A stretch of DNA of 50,395 bases from a virus. The position numbers were made by a program, and so were the translations under genes. The DNA lies in the IMG/VR virus record IMGVR_UViG_3300029483_000012; one strand, 5' to 3'. This document shows, piece after piece, positions 48,921 through 50,395 of this stretch (its first letter is position 1; each line of letters opens with the position of its first letter). The notes beneath the pieces are model-generated. The model made no database searches. It was not told where the DNA came from and saw nothing but the letters and a program-made list of their open reading frames with translations.

Positions 48921-50369
48921 ATGGCTTACAAGCATGGCGTATATACCAGCGAGGTGGAAACCAGCCTGACTGCGCCTATTGTCGGGACGGCGGGACTGCA
49001 AGTGATCGTGGGAACCGCACCGGTGAATATGCTGAAAGACCCGGCGGCGGCAGTCAATGTTCCGCTGCTGGTGAACAACTACAAGGAGGCTGTGGAGGCC
49101 GTCGGCTACAACGACGACTTTGAAGCCTATACCCTGTGCGAGTGCATCAGTGCGGCGTTCAGCGTAGTGGGCGTGGCCCCCATGGTGCTTATCAATGTGC
49201 TTGACCCGGCGAAGCACAAGGCGGATATTTCGGAAAAGACGATGCAGGTAAACGACGGCGTGGCCGTGCTGGACGAAGTGGGCGTACTGCTGGAGGGTCT
49301 GACCATCAAGGCGGATGCAACGCCGCTGGAGGCAGGCAAGGACTACACGACCACATGGAACAACGACGGTACCCTGAACATCGTACTGCTCAAAGGCGGA
49401 GCTGGTGAAAAGGCAACCACGCTGACTGCGACCGGCAGCAAGATCGACCCCAGCAAGGTCAAAGCCGCGGACATCGTGGGCGGTGTGGACATCTCCTCCG
49501 GCAAGGAAACCGGCCTGGAGGTGGTGCGGCAGGTATATCCCAAGCTGTCCATGACCCCCGGCATTCTGCTGGCCCCCAGGTTCAGCGCGGACGCCACGGT
49601 GTCTGCTGCGCTCCAGGCAAAGACCAAGAGCATCAATAGCGTGTTTGGCGCGGTGTGCATCGTGGACATCAACAGCAAGACGGACGGTGCAGTAAAGTAC
49701 ACCGATGTTAAAACCAAGAAGGAGGAGCAGGCGGTCAGCGACCCCAACGCATACGCCGTATGGCCCTATGCCAAGGTGGGCGAGGTGGTGTATAGCGGTT
49801 CCGCCCTGGCTGCCGCCCTGACGGCGTACACGGATGCGCAGAACGACGACACACCCAATGTCAGTCCCAGCAATAAGACGCTGGCGATCTCCGCCGCCTG
49901 CCTGGCAGACGGAACAGAGGTCGTGCTTGACCAGGAGCAGGCCAACACGGTGAACAGCTTCGGCGTGGCAACCTGGCTGAACATGAACGGGTTCCGCCTG
50001 TGGGGCAACAACACTGCGGCATACCCTGGCATCACAGACCCAAAAGACCGCTGGTTCAGCGTCCGCCGGTTTATGACCTGGGCAGCCAACAGCTTTATCC
50101 TGACCTACTTCCAGAAAGTTGACAGCCCGGCCAACAAGCGGCTGATCGAGGCCATCGTGGACAGCGAAAATGTACGGGGCAACGGCTTTGTGGCCCGCGG
50201 CGTGTGCGCCCGGTACGAGATCACTTTCAACGAGGACGAGAACACTACCACCGACCTGCTCAACGGCAAGATCACTTTCCACCAGTACATCACGCCGTTT
50301 ACCCCTGCGGAGGACATTGAGGACATCATTGAGTTTGACCCCAATGCCCTTTCCGCTGCGCTGAACTGA
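48921..50369 (+). CDS. Tail sheath protein
   Basis: 482 aa. The N-terminus MAYKHGVYTSEVETSLTAPIVGTAGLQVIVGTAP is typical of contractile sheath proteins. The tube gene follows across the circular junction. Confidence 0.9.
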   Translation: MAYKHGVYTSEVETSLTAPIVGTAGLQVIVGTAPVNMLKDPAAAVNVPLLVNNYKEAVEAVGYNDDFEAYTLCECISAAFSVVGVAPMVLINVLDPAKHKADISEKTMQVNDGVAVLDEVGVLLEGLTIKADATPLEAGKDYTTTWNNDGTLNIVLLKGGAGEKATTLTATGSKIDPSKVKAADIVGGVDISSGKETGLEVVRQVYPKLSMTPGILLAPRFSADATVSAALQAKTKSINSVFGAVCIVDINSKTDGAVKYTDVKTKKEEQAVSDPNAYAVWPYAKVGEVVYSGSALAAALTAYTDAQNDDTPNVSPSNKTLAISAACLADGTEVVLDQEQANTVNSFGVATWLNMNGFRLWGNNTAAYPGITDPKDRWFSVRRFMTWAANSFILTYFQKVDSPANKRLIEAIVDSENVRGNGFVARGVCARYEITFNEDENTTTDLLNGKITFHQYITPFTPAEDIEDIIEFDPNALSAALN

Positions 50370-50395
50370 TAAGGGAGGGAACAAAATATGATTAG
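50297..50395. repeat. Terminal redundancy copy 2 (identical to 1-99). Either a circular-assembly overlap or a direct terminal repeat.
   Basis: Exact 99-nt match to the window start. The unique genome length is therefore 50296 bp. Confidence 0.95.

Noticed and set aside
1-50395. Looked for tRNA genes, a second DGR target (further TR-like copies), tyrosine/serine integrases and CI/Cro-type repressors
   Set aside because: None was recognisable by eye. Absence should be confirmed with tRNAscan-SE, DGR tools and HMM searches.

Overview
The window is a complete, circularly closed genome of about 50.3 kb from a high-GC tailed phage. Bases 1-99 are repeated exactly at 50297-50395. Gene content indicates a contractile-tail (myovirus-type) phage. 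AGGAGG-type RBSs and a PBSX/P2-like tail and lysis gene set suggest a Gram-positive (Bacillota/Clostridia-like) host; this is inference only. Layout: tail tube, chaperone (with -1 frameshift), tape measure, baseplate and tail fibre (92-12847, +). A diversity-generating retroelement (DGR) targets the tail-fibre C-terminus: VR 12691-12829, TR 13143-13281, RT 13561-14664. Lysis cassette 15468-17924. IS30-family DDE transposase element about 17976-19357. Plus-strand early/DNA-metabolism block 19465-30498, containing a dUTPase fusion, a frame-switching PAPS-reductase-like gene, a circularly permuted C5 methyltransferase, many small Cys-rich proteins, a HUH Rep with hairpin-rich putative origin, an HD hydrolase, a DUF1064-like nuclease and an ArpU/RinA-like late regulator. 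Minus-strand accessory operon 30911-36468, with domains typical of conjugative elements and a repeated intergenic element. Largely non-coding region 36470-38086, containing operator repeats, face-to-face promoters, 11-mer iterons, a 177-nt T-free tract and a structured leader RNA. Low-GC lipoprotein moron 38087-39130. Lambda-like packaging/head module 39317-48908 and tail sheath 48921-50369. No tyrosine/serine integrase, CI-like repressor, tRNA or CRISPR array was recognised. The most notable items are: (1) the DGR, which has no recognisable Avd and a YMDN RT motif; (2) the PAPS-reductase-like gene, with a G11 tract and three tandem copies of its conserved module, one per reading frame; (3) the permuted methyltransferase; (4) the IS30-type transposase sitting where an integrase would be; (5) the conjugative-element-like minus-strand operon with its about 40-bp intergenic repeat; (6) the T-free tract with iterons; (7) the promoter, structured leader and UUCG terminator upstream of the lipoprotein. 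All family assignments come from reading motifs by eye and need HMM or structure searches.
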